Shown: positions 1 to 8,808, counted from the stretch's first letter. The stretch: DNA of 64,000 nucleotides from Clostridia bacterium (GCA_017429165.1 JAFRPL010000014.1:2113-66112), one strand, 5' to 3'. Translations and numbers: made by a program. The notes: generated from the sequence alone by a model not told the origin.

Positions 1-600
1 GAAGGTGCGCACAACATAAATCTGGTGACCCCCGATCATTTTGCCCCGCAGATCTGTGCGGCGCTTGAAGAGGCGAAAAAGCTGGGGCTTGTTATCCCGG
101 TCGTTTACAACTGTTCGGGCTACGTACTGCCGCAGACGCTTAAAGACGCGGCGAAATACATAGATATTTACCTGACCGATTTCAAATATATGTCAAACGA
201 GCTTGCGTTCCGCTATTCCGCCTGCCGCGACTACCCCGAAAAAGCCAAAGAAGCGCTTGCGGAAATGGTGCGCGAACATCCGGCGCCGGTCTGCGCGGAA
301 GACGGGACGATGCGGTCCGGAGTTATCGTGCGGCATCTCATCCTGCCCGGACATACCGAAGATTCCAAGCGCGTGATAGAATACCTTTACCGCACCTACG
401 GCGACGCGATACAGATATCCATAATGAACCAGTTCACGCCCGTAGGACTTGAATCCTACCCCGAGATCGACCGTAAGCTGACCACTCTGGAATACGACAG
501 AGTGGTGGATTACGCGCTTTCGCTGGGCGTGAAAAACGCATATATACAGCAAAAAGGCACGGCGAGCGAAAGCTTTATTCCCGATTTTTGCTGCAAATGA
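1..600 (+). CDS. Radical SAM protein, pyruvate formate-lyase activase-like (PflX-type); C-terminal part, 5' end lies outside the window
   Basis: The reading frame is open from nt 1 (EGAHNINLVTPDHF...) and ends at TGA 598-600. Composition and C-terminal motifs (VRHLILPGH, NQFTP) are typical of PflX-type radical SAM activases, recognised from memory. The Cys cluster would lie upstream of the window. Confidence 0.65.
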   Translation, partial: EGAHNINLVTPDHFAPQICAALEEAKKLGLVIPVVYNCSGYVLPQTLKDAAKYIDIYLTDFKYMSNELAFRYSACRDYPEKAKEALAEMVREHPAPVCAEDGTMRSGVIVRHLILPGHTEDSKRVIEYLYRTYGDAIQISIMNQFTPVGLESYPEIDRKLTTLEYDRVVDYALSLGVKNAYIQQKGTASESFIPDFCCK

Positions 601-688
601 ACGTTTTTTGCAGAATATACTTGCAAATCAAAGAAAAGTATTATATAATCAATCAACGGACCAAATAACAACAGAAAGGTGTATTCAA

Positions 689-1465
689 ATGGCAGAGATC
701 AAAAAGAAGAAAATCATTTCGGCTTCCACCGGCGAAGAAGTCACCGGCAAAAAGAAGATCAAAGAAGCGGCCCCCACAGGCAGCTCGGTCGGCTACCGTA
801 TAGGCGCTATAGTGCTCTGGGTGCTCGCGTTCGCGTTCGAAGTGCTGGCGATACTCGTTGCGCTGGGCAAATTCTCGTTCCACTTTATGCCTTCACTGTG
901 GCAGCTCATCATTTTCCTCGTGCTCGACCTCATCTGCGTTGTGATCGGCTCGCTGCTCTGGAAAAAAGCCAACCACATAAGTCCCGCAAGCGAAAAGAAC
1001 AAAGTCAAGTTCTGGCTTTGGAACAACCTTGGCGTAATCGTGAGCGTCGCGGCTTTCGTGCCGTTCATAATCATTATGCTTTCGAGCAAAAACAACGACA
1101 AGCGCACCAAGGCGATAGCCACCGTGGTGGCGATAGTCGCCCTGCTCATAGCCGGCGTTTGCAGTTATGATTTCAACCCCGTCTCGCAGGAAAAGAAAGA
1201 CGAAGCCGTGAGCACTCTGGGTGACGGAACCGTTTACTGGTCGCCTTTCGGCCACGTATATCACACCCACGATGATTGCTCGCATCTCAACCACTCAGAC
1301 ACTCTCACCAGCGGCACCGTCGAACAGGCGATAGCCGCAAACCGCACCCGCCTTTGCAAATCCTGTGCCGCGCGCGACAACATCACCAATCTCGAAACCG
1401 ACGACGCGACGGTAGATACGGAATTTGAAAAAGCCGAAAGCGAGATCGAAAAGACTTTAAGCTGA
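689..1465 (+). CDS. Hypothetical membrane protein with a C-terminal His/Cys motif (HVYHTHDDCSHL...CKSC)
   Basis: ATG at 689 (MAEIKKKK) follows AAAGGTG. It is in frame with track ORF 608-1465. There are about 4 hydrophobic helices followed by a soluble Cys/His tail. A terminator follows. Confidence 0.6.
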   Translation: MAEIKKKKIISASTGEEVTGKKKIKEAAPTGSSVGYRIGAIVLWVLAFAFEVLAILVALGKFSFHFMPSLWQLIIFLVLDLICVVIGSLLWKKANHISPASEKNKVKFWLWNNLGVIVSVAAFVPFIIIMLSSKNNDKRTKAIATVVAIVALLIAGVCSYDFNPVSQEKKDEAVSTLGDGTVYWSPFGHVYHTHDDCSHLNHSDTLTSGTVEQAIAANRTRLCKSCAARDNITNLETDDATVDTEFEKAESEIEKTLS

Positions 1466-1484
1466 AAAGTACCGCAAACAAAAA

Positions 1485-1521
1485 ACGGGCCGGAGCAGAA
1501 GCTCCGGTCCGTGGTTTTTTA
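1485..1521. terminator. Bidirectional intrinsic terminator between convergent genes
   Basis: The stem is ACGGGCCGGAGC-agaa-GCTCCGGTCCGT. It is followed by T6 and preceded by an A-run. Confidence 0.75.
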
Positions 1522-2373
1522 TTCTTCGGAACGGTCTATTCCGTTTTTGCGGCAGGTGAAATAAAGCGTTTTGCCGGTATCGGTGTAATATACGCTCACG
1601 CCCGAGGAACCGAGCGCGTTTTCCAGCGAAGGATCGAGCTCTTCCCTGTTTTCGCAGGTGACGACCGCCGCCGACGGCGAGCACGCTTTTATGAGGTTGG
1701 AAACGCTTTTGCCGTATTCGCCGTGATGAGGCATTTTGAGAAAGTCGCACTTCAGGTCGTATTCCGCAAGCATATCGTCTATGCGCTGCTTTTCTATATC
1801 GCCGGCGAAAAGCAGTTTTTTGCCGTATGCCGATACCGAAACGACGAGCGAACTGTTATTGTCTACGCTCTTGTCATAGCTTTTGTGCGGCGGCATAAGG
1901 GTGAGTTCCATTCCGCCCACGGCGACCGTTTCGTCGCGGCTCAACTTTATGAGCTCGGTGCCTCCGGCTGCGGCGTTTTCCAGTGCAAGGCGGTAAAGCG
2001 AATATTCGTTTATGTTGACTTCGCTGTCGTCGTAATCGGGCTCGTAAACTTTCGCGACCGGTATCGACGTGAGCAGCTTGGCGGCGCCGCCGATATGGTC
2101 TTTATCGAAATGCGTTATGATGAGGCAGTCTATCTTTTCGGCGCCGAGCGATGCGCACAGATCGGCGATACCCTTGCCGTCGCCCTTGTTGCCGCAGTCG
2201 ATCACCACGCAGGCGCCGTCTTCGTAAAGGATGGCGCAATCGGCTTTGCCGAGCGGCGGGAAAACCACCTCGAGTTTTCCGCCCGAGCCGGCGAACGCCA
2301 GCACGAATATGCCCGCGATCACCGCGATACAGGCGGCGGCAGTTATTACGGTTTTTTTGTTTTTCACTTTCAC
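1519..2373 (-). CDS. MBL-fold metallo-hydrolase (ComEC C-terminal-like) with an N-terminal membrane anchor
   Basis: The HxHxDH-type motif ITHFDKDHIGG and a later MPHHG are present. I place the start at GTG 2373 (VKVKNKKTVITAAACIAVIAG...), because the longer ATG start at 2478 would overlap the upstream Nudix gene by about 100 nt. Confidence 0.7.
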   Translation of the reverse strand: MKVKNKKTVITAAACIAVIAGIFVLAFAGSGGKLEVVFPPLGKADCAILYEDGACVVIDCGNKGDGKGIADLCASLGAEKIDCLIITHFDKDHIGGAAKLLTSIPVAKVYEPDYDDSEVNINEYSLYRLALENAAAGGTELIKLSRDETVAVGGMELTLMPPHKSYDKSVDNNSSLVVSVSAYGKKLLFAGDIEKQRIDDMLAEYDLKCDFLKMPHHGEYGKSVSNLIKACSPSAAVVTCENREELDPSLENALGSSGVSVYYTDTGKTLYFTCRKNGIDRSEE

Positions 2374-2381
2374 ACCCCGTA

Positions 2382-3317
2382 TCACATATAAAACAGACGG
2401 TCCGATATGTTCAAAAACTCGCGTAAGTACGGAAACGGCACGAACTCGCCCGCTCTTTCGAATATAAATATATCGCACTTGGTGCCGAAATCAGCGCGCA
2501 CAGTATCGCGCCCGTCGATCGACAGGCAGTCTTTTTCTGCGTCGCAGACCCATAGCCATATATCGGCGTGAGTGCTCGAGTCCGTAAAGCTGAGCACGCA
2601 TCTGCCGAAATCAGGCACGAGCGATATACCGGTCTTTTCCTTGACGGCGCGCACCGCGGCGGAAAGACTGTTTTCGCCTTTTTTGACAAGCCCCGTGACG
2701 CAGCTCCACAAACCGGGATATCCGGCGTTTTCGGAACGCTTAAGCAGCAAATAATCGCCTTTGCTCCTGCGGATCCAGACATGGACGGAAGCGAAATACT
2801 CGTCTTCGCCCAAACGCTCTAACGGCGTTTTACCGTAACGTCTGGGCATTTTGTCGGCGCCGAAAACGGCGAGTTCGGTATTCGCTATGGCCTTGAAATT
2901 GAGCCAGCGCTGGACGTAACTGAAAAGGTCGTAATGGATGAGCGGATATGTCAGATCTGACGGTATGACCGAAAAGCCGCGCTTTTCGCCGACCTCGCTG
3001 GTTTCGGGGATTTCGCCCATTTCCTTTATGAGCGCAAGGTAGAGCACCGCGTAGTCGGTGCCTTTATCGGTAGTGATGGAAAACGCGCTGACCGGAACGA
3101 TATCCGCCGAGGTGGCGCCGGTCTCTTCGTAAAGCTCGCGGCGCGCGGTCATAAGCGGAGTCTCGCCCGCTTCGCGGTGTCCGCCGGGAAGCTCCCACGT
3201 CGTACGCTCCTTATCGCGGCAGAAGATCCATTTCCCTTCGTAACGCGCCGCCATCACCGAAACGGAAACATCGTTTTCATCATATTCATTCGGCTCGAGA
3301 TATTTTACTTTTAACAC
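2382..3317 (-). CDS. NUDIX hydrolase with two Nudix-like halves
   Basis: The N-terminal half has a Nudix box, GGHREAGETPLMTARRELYEETG. The C-terminal half has a second, degenerate box, TGLVKKGENSLSAAVRAVKEKTG. The start is GTG 3317 with TGAGGT 5-6 nt upstream. Confidence 0.8.
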   Translation of the reverse strand: MLKVKYLEPNEYDENDVSVSVMAARYEGKWIFCRDKERTTWELPGGHREAGETPLMTARRELYEETGATSADIVPVSAFSITTDKGTDYAVLYLALIKEMGEIPETSEVGEKRGFSVIPSDLTYPLIHYDLFSYVQRWLNFKAIANTELAVFGADKMPRRYGKTPLERLGEDEYFASVHVWIRRSKGDYLLLKRSENAGYPGLWSCVTGLVKKGENSLSAAVRAVKEKTGISLVPDFGRCVLSFTDSSTHADIWLWVCDAEKDCLSIDGRDTVRADFGTKCDIFIFERAGEFVPFPYLREFLNISDRLFYM

Positions 3318-3434
3318 CGTTTACCTCAAAAAATCGACTGTTTCACATACATCAAAAAGCAAAACGGCGCGTGCTTGCGTTACCCGAAAGTATGCAAACG
3401 GCTGCCGCCCGGACTTTTTTCTGCCTGCACGCTG

Positions 3435-3464
3435 ATTATATCATGCGGTGCCGGCATTTGTCAA
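3435..3464 (-). promoter_or_regulatory. Sigma-A-type promoter for the Nudix/MBL genes
   Basis: The minus strand reads TTGACA-N18-TATAAT with an extended TG (aTGaTATAAT). Confidence 0.55.
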
Positions 3465-3511
3465 GACTTATGAAAAAACGAGCGTTACGGACGGGCGTTT
3501 TACTAAAAAAC

Positions 3512-3541
3512 ATTGACATTATGCGTGCTGTGATGGTATAA
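3512..3541 (+). promoter_or_regulatory. Sigma-A-type promoter for the barnase-barstar operon
   Basis: TTGACA at 3512-3517, 18-nt spacer, TATAAT at 3536-3541, preceded by TGg (extended -10). It diverges from the promoter at 3435-3464. Confidence 0.6.
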
Positions 3542-3773
3542 TAATAAATAATCAAAAAAAAGAGCAAAACGGACGAACGGTTTTGCCGCGCCGGAATGCT
3601 GCTGGGCGAAGAGGCGCTTGACAAACTCGTTTCGACGCTCGCCGCGATATTCGGAACAGGCGGGGTCGCGGCGTTCGTTACCGGAGATGCGGGGCTTTTG
3701 ACACCCGCAGAAACAGTCAAAGATCATATTACGGCCAAATAAGGCCGAACAAGCAAATACGGAGTGTGAAAAA

Positions 3774-4328
3774 ATGAAAAAGCTAATGAAAAACAAGTCG
3801 CTTATCGCGATGATCGCGGCGTTACTCATCATCGTTGCGGTGCTCGTCATACCCAAGCTGACCGGCAAATCGCTGGGCGAGCTCATAAGCGGTCTGTTCG
3901 GCGAAGCGTCGCAGGGGCAGACCGAAACGAATTCCGAACCCGTTTCGAACGGCGGTACGAATTCGCAAGCCGACGTTTCGAATACGGCAGGCATAGACGA
4001 AAACGGGGTCTATACGTCGAAAGACGAAGTGGCGCTTTATATCCACACCTACGGCAAGCTGCCTCAGAATTTCATAACCAAATCCAGGGCGCAGGAGCTG
4101 GGCTGGGAAGGCGGTCCGCTTTGGGACTACGCTCCGGGCAAATCCATAGGCGGCGACGTTTTCAGCAATCGCGAAGGGCTGCTGCCTAAAAAAGACGGCC
4201 GGAAATGGTATGAATGCGATATCGACTACGACGGCGGGAACCGCGGCGCAAAACGCATAGTTTTTTCCAACGACGGGCTCATCTATTATACCGATGATCA
4301 CTACGAGTCCTATACACAGCTCTATTAA
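3774..4328 (+). CDS. Secreted ribonuclease, barnase family (N1/T1 microbial RNase)
   Basis: The C-terminal 110 aa align by eye with B. amyloliquefaciens barnase: LPQNFITKSRAQELGW, APGKSIGGDVFSNREGLLP, RKWYECDIDY, RIVFSNDGLIYYTDDHYESY. The N-terminus has a hydrophobic signal or anchor (LIAMIAALLIIVAVLVI). Confidence 0.9.
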   Translation: MKKLMKNKSLIAMIAALLIIVAVLVIPKLTGKSLGELISGLFGEASQGQTETNSEPVSNGGTNSQADVSNTAGIDENGVYTSKDEVALYIHTYGKLPQNFITKSRAQELGWEGGPLWDYAPGKSIGGDVFSNREGLLPKKDGRKWYECDIDYDGGNRGAKRIVFSNDGLIYYTDDHYESYTQLY

Positions 4329-4340
4329 GGAGGGACGTTC

Positions 4341-4604
4341 ATGAACTCATATCTGCTGAACGGCAAAAGGATGAAAACGCGCGACGAGGCGTACGATCAT
4401 ATTTCCGAAGTGATGCAGTTCCCCGAATATTTCGGGCGCAATCTCGACGCGCTGTATGATCTGCTGACCGAGCGAAGCGCGAACGTGATCCTGAAAAACG
4501 CCGACGTCATGCTCAACGCGCTGGGCGGTTACGGATGCGAAATGCTCAAATGCTTTTGCGACGCCGCCGAAAACAACCGGAACTTTACGCTGAAAGTCAA
4601 ATAA
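4341..4604 (+). CDS. Barstar-family ribonuclease inhibitor
   Basis: 87 aa, starting 12 nt after the barnase stop and preceded by GGAGGG. The motif FPEYFGRNLDALYDLLT matches barstar LPEYYGENLDALWDCLT. Confidence 0.85.
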   Translation: MNSYLLNGKRMKTRDEAYDHISEVMQFPEYFGRNLDALYDLLTERSANVILKNADVMLNALGGYGCEMLKCFCDAAENNRNFTLKVK

Positions 4605-4618
4605 AGACCGAAAGAAAA

Positions 4619-4654
4619 CCGCCGGAGCGCTGGCTCCGGCGGGATTTTTGTTTT
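4619..4654. terminator. Bidirectional intrinsic terminator (barstar / surface protein, convergent)
   Basis: 10-bp stem CCGCCGGAGC-gctg-GCTCCGGCGG, followed by TTTTTGTTTT and preceded by an A-run. Confidence 0.8.
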
Positions 4655-4659
4655 ATGTA

Positions 4660-6999
4660 TTACGCTTTGCCGGCGTTTTTCTTTTTCATAAACAGCCACA
4701 AAGCCACGCCGGCGCCGGCGGTCACAATAAACACTATGGCTATAATGAGCCCGACCTGGCCGGATTTGTCGACTATTTCGGGTTCCGAGACCGTCGCGGT
4801 CGACGATGCGCCATCAGTTTCTTCCGACACGGGTTCGGATCCTTCGGCGGACGGTTCTTCTTCGGATAGTTCCGCCGGCTGCTGCCTGACGTAACCACAC
4901 ATGGCGCACCTGCCGTCTTCGTCGAATTCGTGCTCTTCCTTATCAGTAAGATCGCCGCATTCGCACCTGCCCCAGTGATACTGTTCGTCGTATTCCAGAC
5001 CGTAGATATGTACGTGCGGAGGATCGAGCGCGGGGATGACTTCGCTTTCCTTGTAGCCGCAGACCGTGCAGACGTGTTCCCTTTCGCCTTCGACGCCGAT
5101 ATCGCTTTCGGTAACGACGTTCCATTCGCCCCATTCGTGCGCGAGTATTTCGGTCTTATCGCCGCAGGAGCATTCGGTCCAATGGCCTTCGGCAGAAGAT
5201 TTCTGAACGTATTTGTGCGTGTGCTCGAGCGCGGGGACGGTCATATATTCGACCGCGCCGCAGACGGAGCATTTGCGCATCTTTTTGCCCTCGACGCCTT
5301 CCTTGGCGGAATTGACGGTCTGCCATCTGCCGAAACTGTGGTCTCCGCCGCCGAAAGAATATTCGAGCGTTGCGGTATTGCCGTAGACCGATACGTTCAG
5401 CGCGTCCGGCGACGCCGTGAGATCGGGCGCGAAGGAGAGTCCGTTATCCGCCGAAAGCGTTATTCTGACTACGTATTTGTCAACACAGACCGTTTTTTCG
5501 TCGGCGCTCCAGGGCTCGTCGTTCTTGAACCATTCCACCTTGTCGACAGCCACGCCTTCGGTGGAAACGGTGACAGCGGTCTGAGGTTTCTGACCCAAAG
5601 TGATACCGGGTGCGGAAGAAAACTCGATTTGCGAGATCATATTCGAAAACGCGCCGTATTCGAGAAGTATGACTAAATTGCCGTTTTCGGATACCGAGAT
5701 ATTCGGTTCGGGTCCGCCGGTCACGGTGACATCCGAGACCTGAACCGCGAGACTGGGTTCGATCTCCAGCGTGAGTACGAAATCGGCGTACGGCACGACC
5801 GTCTTTTCGAGCGCCTCGTCGACGTCGCCGCCGCCCGGAAGCATATAATGACCGGCCGTGACGCTGAAGATGATGACTTCGGTATCTTCGCCGGCGGTGA
5901 ACGTGAATATAACGTTACTGGGCGCGCCGTTTTCAAAGCTTACAATGACGGCGTCCGCGATATCGCGGTATTTGTCGCCGGCGTGGAACGAAGGCAGGTC
6001 GACGTTTATCTTTCCGGTCGTGCCGTGCGAGACCGAATAATGATAGCCGCACACGGCGCAGGTATACTCTGTTTCGCTCCCCGTATCTACGCCGCCGTCG
6101 AATTCGTGCGCGCCGCTTTCGACGGTCTCGCCGCACACGGAACATACGAGCACGTGCTGTTCGTCGTCGGTGAAATAATCGTTGGTGTTGCCGGAATGGT
6201 CGCAAGCGACGGTGAAATCCGCGATGTAGACGGCGGAAGAGCCGTCCTCCGCGACCTGATAGGGAGCGCCTTCCGAGCCGAGCGCCCGGAATACAGTTTC
6301 AGACGTGAATACATGCGCGTCGTCGGTGAGCGCCGCGATCCTGACCGTGTAAGTGCCGTTGACCGCCGGCGTGCCGGGGTCAAGTTCTTCCGTGCCAGCG
6401 AGCCAGCTCACAGACGCGCTCAGTATGCCGTCCGAAGAAGTGACGACAGTCGTAGGGCCGAGCGGAGTGCCGTATTTGACGGTTCCGGTAAAAACGACCG
6501 AAAGGATCTCGGTCTTCTGCGCGGCGTCCGTTTCGGGGAACGTATACGTCACGTATATCACATCGCTGCTGAACGTGTTCCGGCCCGCTTCGGCGGAAGC
6601 GCCGTTGACCGACGCGGCGATAGAAGACAGATCGGCAAACGTTTTGCCGGGCTTTGCTTTGAGAAACACCTGTACGGTGTATCCGGTACCGGGATCGAAC
6701 TCGCCGTCGAACGGGACGGGAGTCCCCTGACGGCACCACTGCACGCCGTTCTTGATATAAAACTCGTCGCCGTCCTGGCTGTAATCTATGGTATAGTCGG
6801 ATCCGGCGGGGATCACCACGTTGTAGCTCGGCTGCTCGCCTGTAACGGGCGCGACCACGCCGGTCAGCGTCACTCCGGTAATGACGTCGGGGTCGGCGTC
6901 ATCCTGGAGCGACACGGGCGAAACATAGTGCGCGAGCGCCGAAAACGGCAGCGCAAGCGCGATGATAAGCGCCGCGAACACAGATACTGTTCTTTTCAT
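4660..6999 (-). CDS. Large cell-surface protein: signal peptide, Ig-like repeats, two Cys/His-rich blocks, acidic linker, C-terminal TM anchor
   Basis: 779 aa. GGGAGG lies upstream of ATG 6999. Signal peptide MKRTVSVFAALIIALALPFSALA. The C-terminus is SEEEPSAEGSEPVSEE...GLIIAIVFIVTAGAGVALWLFMKKKNAGKA. Seven CxxC/CxC pairs are present (see finding). Confidence 0.8.
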   Translation of the reverse strand: MKRTVSVFAALIIALALPFSALAHYVSPVSLQDDADPDVITGVTLTGVVAPVTGEQPSYNVVIPAGSDYTIDYSQDGDEFYIKNGVQWCRQGTPVPFDGEFDPGTGYTVQVFLKAKPGKTFADLSSIAASVNGASAEAGRNTFSSDVIYVTYTFPETDAAQKTEILSVVFTGTVKYGTPLGPTTVVTSSDGILSASVSWLAGTEELDPGTPAVNGTYTVRIAALTDDAHVFTSETVFRALGSEGAPYQVAEDGSSAVYIADFTVACDHSGNTNDYFTDDEQHVLVCSVCGETVESGAHEFDGGVDTGSETEYTCAVCGYHYSVSHGTTGKINVDLPSFHAGDKYRDIADAVIVSFENGAPSNVIFTFTAGEDTEVIIFSVTAGHYMLPGGGDVDEALEKTVVPYADFVLTLEIEPSLAVQVSDVTVTGGPEPNISVSENGNLVILLEYGAFSNMISQIEFSSAPGITLGQKPQTAVTVSTEGVAVDKVEWFKNDEPWSADEKTVCVDKYVVRITLSADNGLSFAPDLTASPDALNVSVYGNTATLEYSFGGGDHSFGRWQTVNSAKEGVEGKKMRKCSVCGAVEYMTVPALEHTHKYVQKSSAEGHWTECSCGDKTEILAHEWGEWNVVTESDIGVEGEREHVCTVCGYKESEVIPALDPPHVHIYGLEYDEQYHWGRCECGDLTDKEEHEFDEDGRCAMCGYVRQQPAELSEEEPSAEGSEPVSEETDGASSTATVSEPEIVDKSGQVGLIIAIVFIVTAGAGVALWLFMKKKNAGKA

Positions 7000-7059
7000 G
7001 CGTATACCTCCCTTGGATTAGTTCCGCACACGGGTGCGAGTATGTCTGTTATTGATAAT

Positions 7060-7088
7060 ATCATACAACTTTTGCCGTAGAATGTCAA
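7060..7088 (-). promoter_or_regulatory. Promoter for the surface-protein gene
   Basis: The minus strand reads TTGACA-N17-TATGAT. Confidence 0.45.
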
Positions 7089-7124
7089 TAGCGCGTGCGC
7101 GGACGTTTTTATGCGTTCCGCGCT

Positions 7125-7153
7125 TGAAAAAGCGGATACGCCGTGTTATAATA
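7125..7153 (+). promoter_or_regulatory. Promoter for thpR
   Basis: TTGAAA at 7125-7130, N17, TATAAT at 7148-7153, preceded by TGt. Confidence 0.5.
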
Positions 7154-7182
7154 AAGGCGCATAAAGAAAGGGGCGAAAGAGC

Positions 7183-7671
7183 ATGCGGCTTTTCATAGCG
7201 CTGATACCGGACGAAGCGACCGTAGACGCGGTATGCCAAACGCAGTCCATGCTCAAGGCGGCGGGGGTGCGCGGCAGCTACACATCGCGCTCGAACATAC
7301 ATCTTACGCTGGCATTTATAGGCGAATACGATCATCCCGAAAAGATATTGCGTATACTCAGATCCTGCGGCGAGCCGTCATTTGCAATAGAGCTTGCGGG
7401 CACGGGCAGATTCGGCGACGTCTGGTGGGAGGGCGTAAAGGCGAACCGCGAAATGTACGCTTACGCGGCGAAAATAAGGGCTGAACTTGAAAAAGCGGGC
7501 GTGCCGTACGATAAAAAGCCGTTTTCGCCGCACATCACCCTGCTGCGCAGACCCGACCGCGATACCATCCCGGCGATAACGCCGCCCAAAGCGGTGACGG
7601 TATCGCCGCACGCGGCGCTGATGCGTTCAGACCGGGGTGAGCGCGGGATGATATATACCGAGATAAAATAA
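7183..7671 (+). CDS. thpR: RNA 2',3'-cyclic phosphodiesterase (2H phosphoesterase, ThpR/LigT family)
   Basis: The two H-x-T-x motifs of the 2H family are present (NIHLTLAFIG and SPHITLLRR). The length of 162 aa is typical. Confidence 0.85.
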   Translation: MRLFIALIPDEATVDAVCQTQSMLKAAGVRGSYTSRSNIHLTLAFIGEYDHPEKILRILRSCGEPSFAIELAGTGRFGDVWWEGVKANREMYAYAAKIRAELEKAGVPYDKKPFSPHITLLRRPDRDTIPAITPPKAVTVSPHAALMRSDRGERGMIYTEIK

Positions 7672-7678
7672 AGCAAAA

Positions 7679-7712
7679 GATCACGAACAAAACCGTTCGT
7701 GATCGCTTTTTT
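7679..7712 (+). terminator. Intrinsic terminator after thpR
   Basis: GATCACGAAC-aaaacc-GTTCGTGATC followed by GCTTTTTT. Confidence 0.75.
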
Positions 7713-8808
7713 ATACTTTTGCCGCTTTGGAAGCTTTTCTGCGCGCTTCGGCGGCGGAAGCGCATTCGCGCAATATCCTCAGTCCGTCCGAAACCACGCG
7801 TTTGGATTCGGGGTCGAGCGATGCGTAGGCGCGCACCATGGTTATGCTGTGAGTGCCCGCCATGATATCCTTGATGGCGGAAGTGCCGCCGGTGCCTATC
7901 ACCTTGAACACGGCTTCGACCATCTTGCCGCGGTCGGCGACGGGCATTTCGCAAACCCAGCGTTTGAGCGTGTCGTCGACGAAACGGCTCATATCGGTCA
8001 GTTCTTCCACGCGTTCGAAACCTCCGCGCCGCACGCACCAGCTGTAAAGGTCGTGCTGCATAAGCGCGTGTTCGGTGCTTTTTACTATGACGGTCTCTTC
8101 GCGGTGGACCATTAGCATCCCTATGACCGAGGACTGCGGCAGGAACGTGCGCACCAGCGGCATGGTCTGTATATATTCTTCGGTATTGGCTATCTTATCC
8201 GAAAACCCCGGTCCGTCGTGACTGCGCACCGCTATGATGCGCCGCTTGGTCTCGGGGTCGCAGAACGCCGAAGCGTAGATAGCCAAGTTCCCGCCTTTGG
8301 AATGCCCGGTAACGCGTATGCTCCCGTCGAACAAGTGCGCCGAACGTTCGAGATATTTGACCGCGTCCATCTGCGCGGGGACGACATCCGAAAACGCCAT
8401 GTTGAAGTCTTCTTTCCAGCCCAATACCGTGCCGTCTGTGCCGCGGAACGCCACGCAGATTCCGTCCGGCAGCACGAACGTCACCGCAGAAAACTGCTTT
8501 TCCGAAAACTCGTCGACAATATTTACGTAGTTCGCGGCGCCGATATTCGCGTAACGCGGAGCGCGCGCCATAAGGCGGCAGAGTTTTTCGTCGCCTTCTA
8601 TGAGCTGCTGTTTTTCGCCGCTTGCGAACTGTTCGGCGAGCGCGGTATAAAGCTCGCCCAGCGGGACAGGACCGTCGGATTCGCCGAGCAGACCTTCGAG
8701 CGGCATATACGCCGCGCGTGAAAACACCAGCGCGTCGGCTTCGCTTAGCGGAACGTCGTCTATGGGCAGATCGCCGCGCCATTCTATGTAATCGAGTATA
8801 TTAGCCAT
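7711..8808 (-). CDS. Mbeg1-like (DUF2974) alpha/beta-hydrolase, lipase-like
   Basis: The N-terminus MANILDYIEWRGDLPI is characteristic of DUF2974 as I recall it. The nucleophile elbow is GHSKGG. Confidence 0.7.
   Translation of the reverse strand: MANILDYIEWRGDLPIDDVPLSEADALVFSRAAYMPLEGLLGESDGPVPLGELYTALAEQFASGEKQQLIEGDEKLCRLMARAPRYANIGAANYVNIVDEFSEKQFSAVTFVLPDGICVAFRGTDGTVLGWKEDFNMAFSDVVPAQMDAVKYLERSAHLFDGSIRVTGHSKGGNLAIYASAFCDPETKRRIIAVRSHDGPGFSDKIANTEEYIQTMPLVRTFLPQSSVIGMLMVHREETVIVKSTEHALMQHDLYSWCVRRGGFERVEELTDMSRFVDDTLKRWVCEMPVADRGKMVEAVFKVIGTGGTSAIKDIMAGTHSITMVRAYASLDPESKRVVSDGLRILRECASAAEARRKASKAAKV

Noticed and set aside
3596-3745. 49-codon ORF in the barnase leader
   Set aside because: It has no Shine-Dalgarno sequence (CGCGCCGGA precedes the ATG) and no alternative upstream start. 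I keep it only as a note inside the leader finding, not as a gene.
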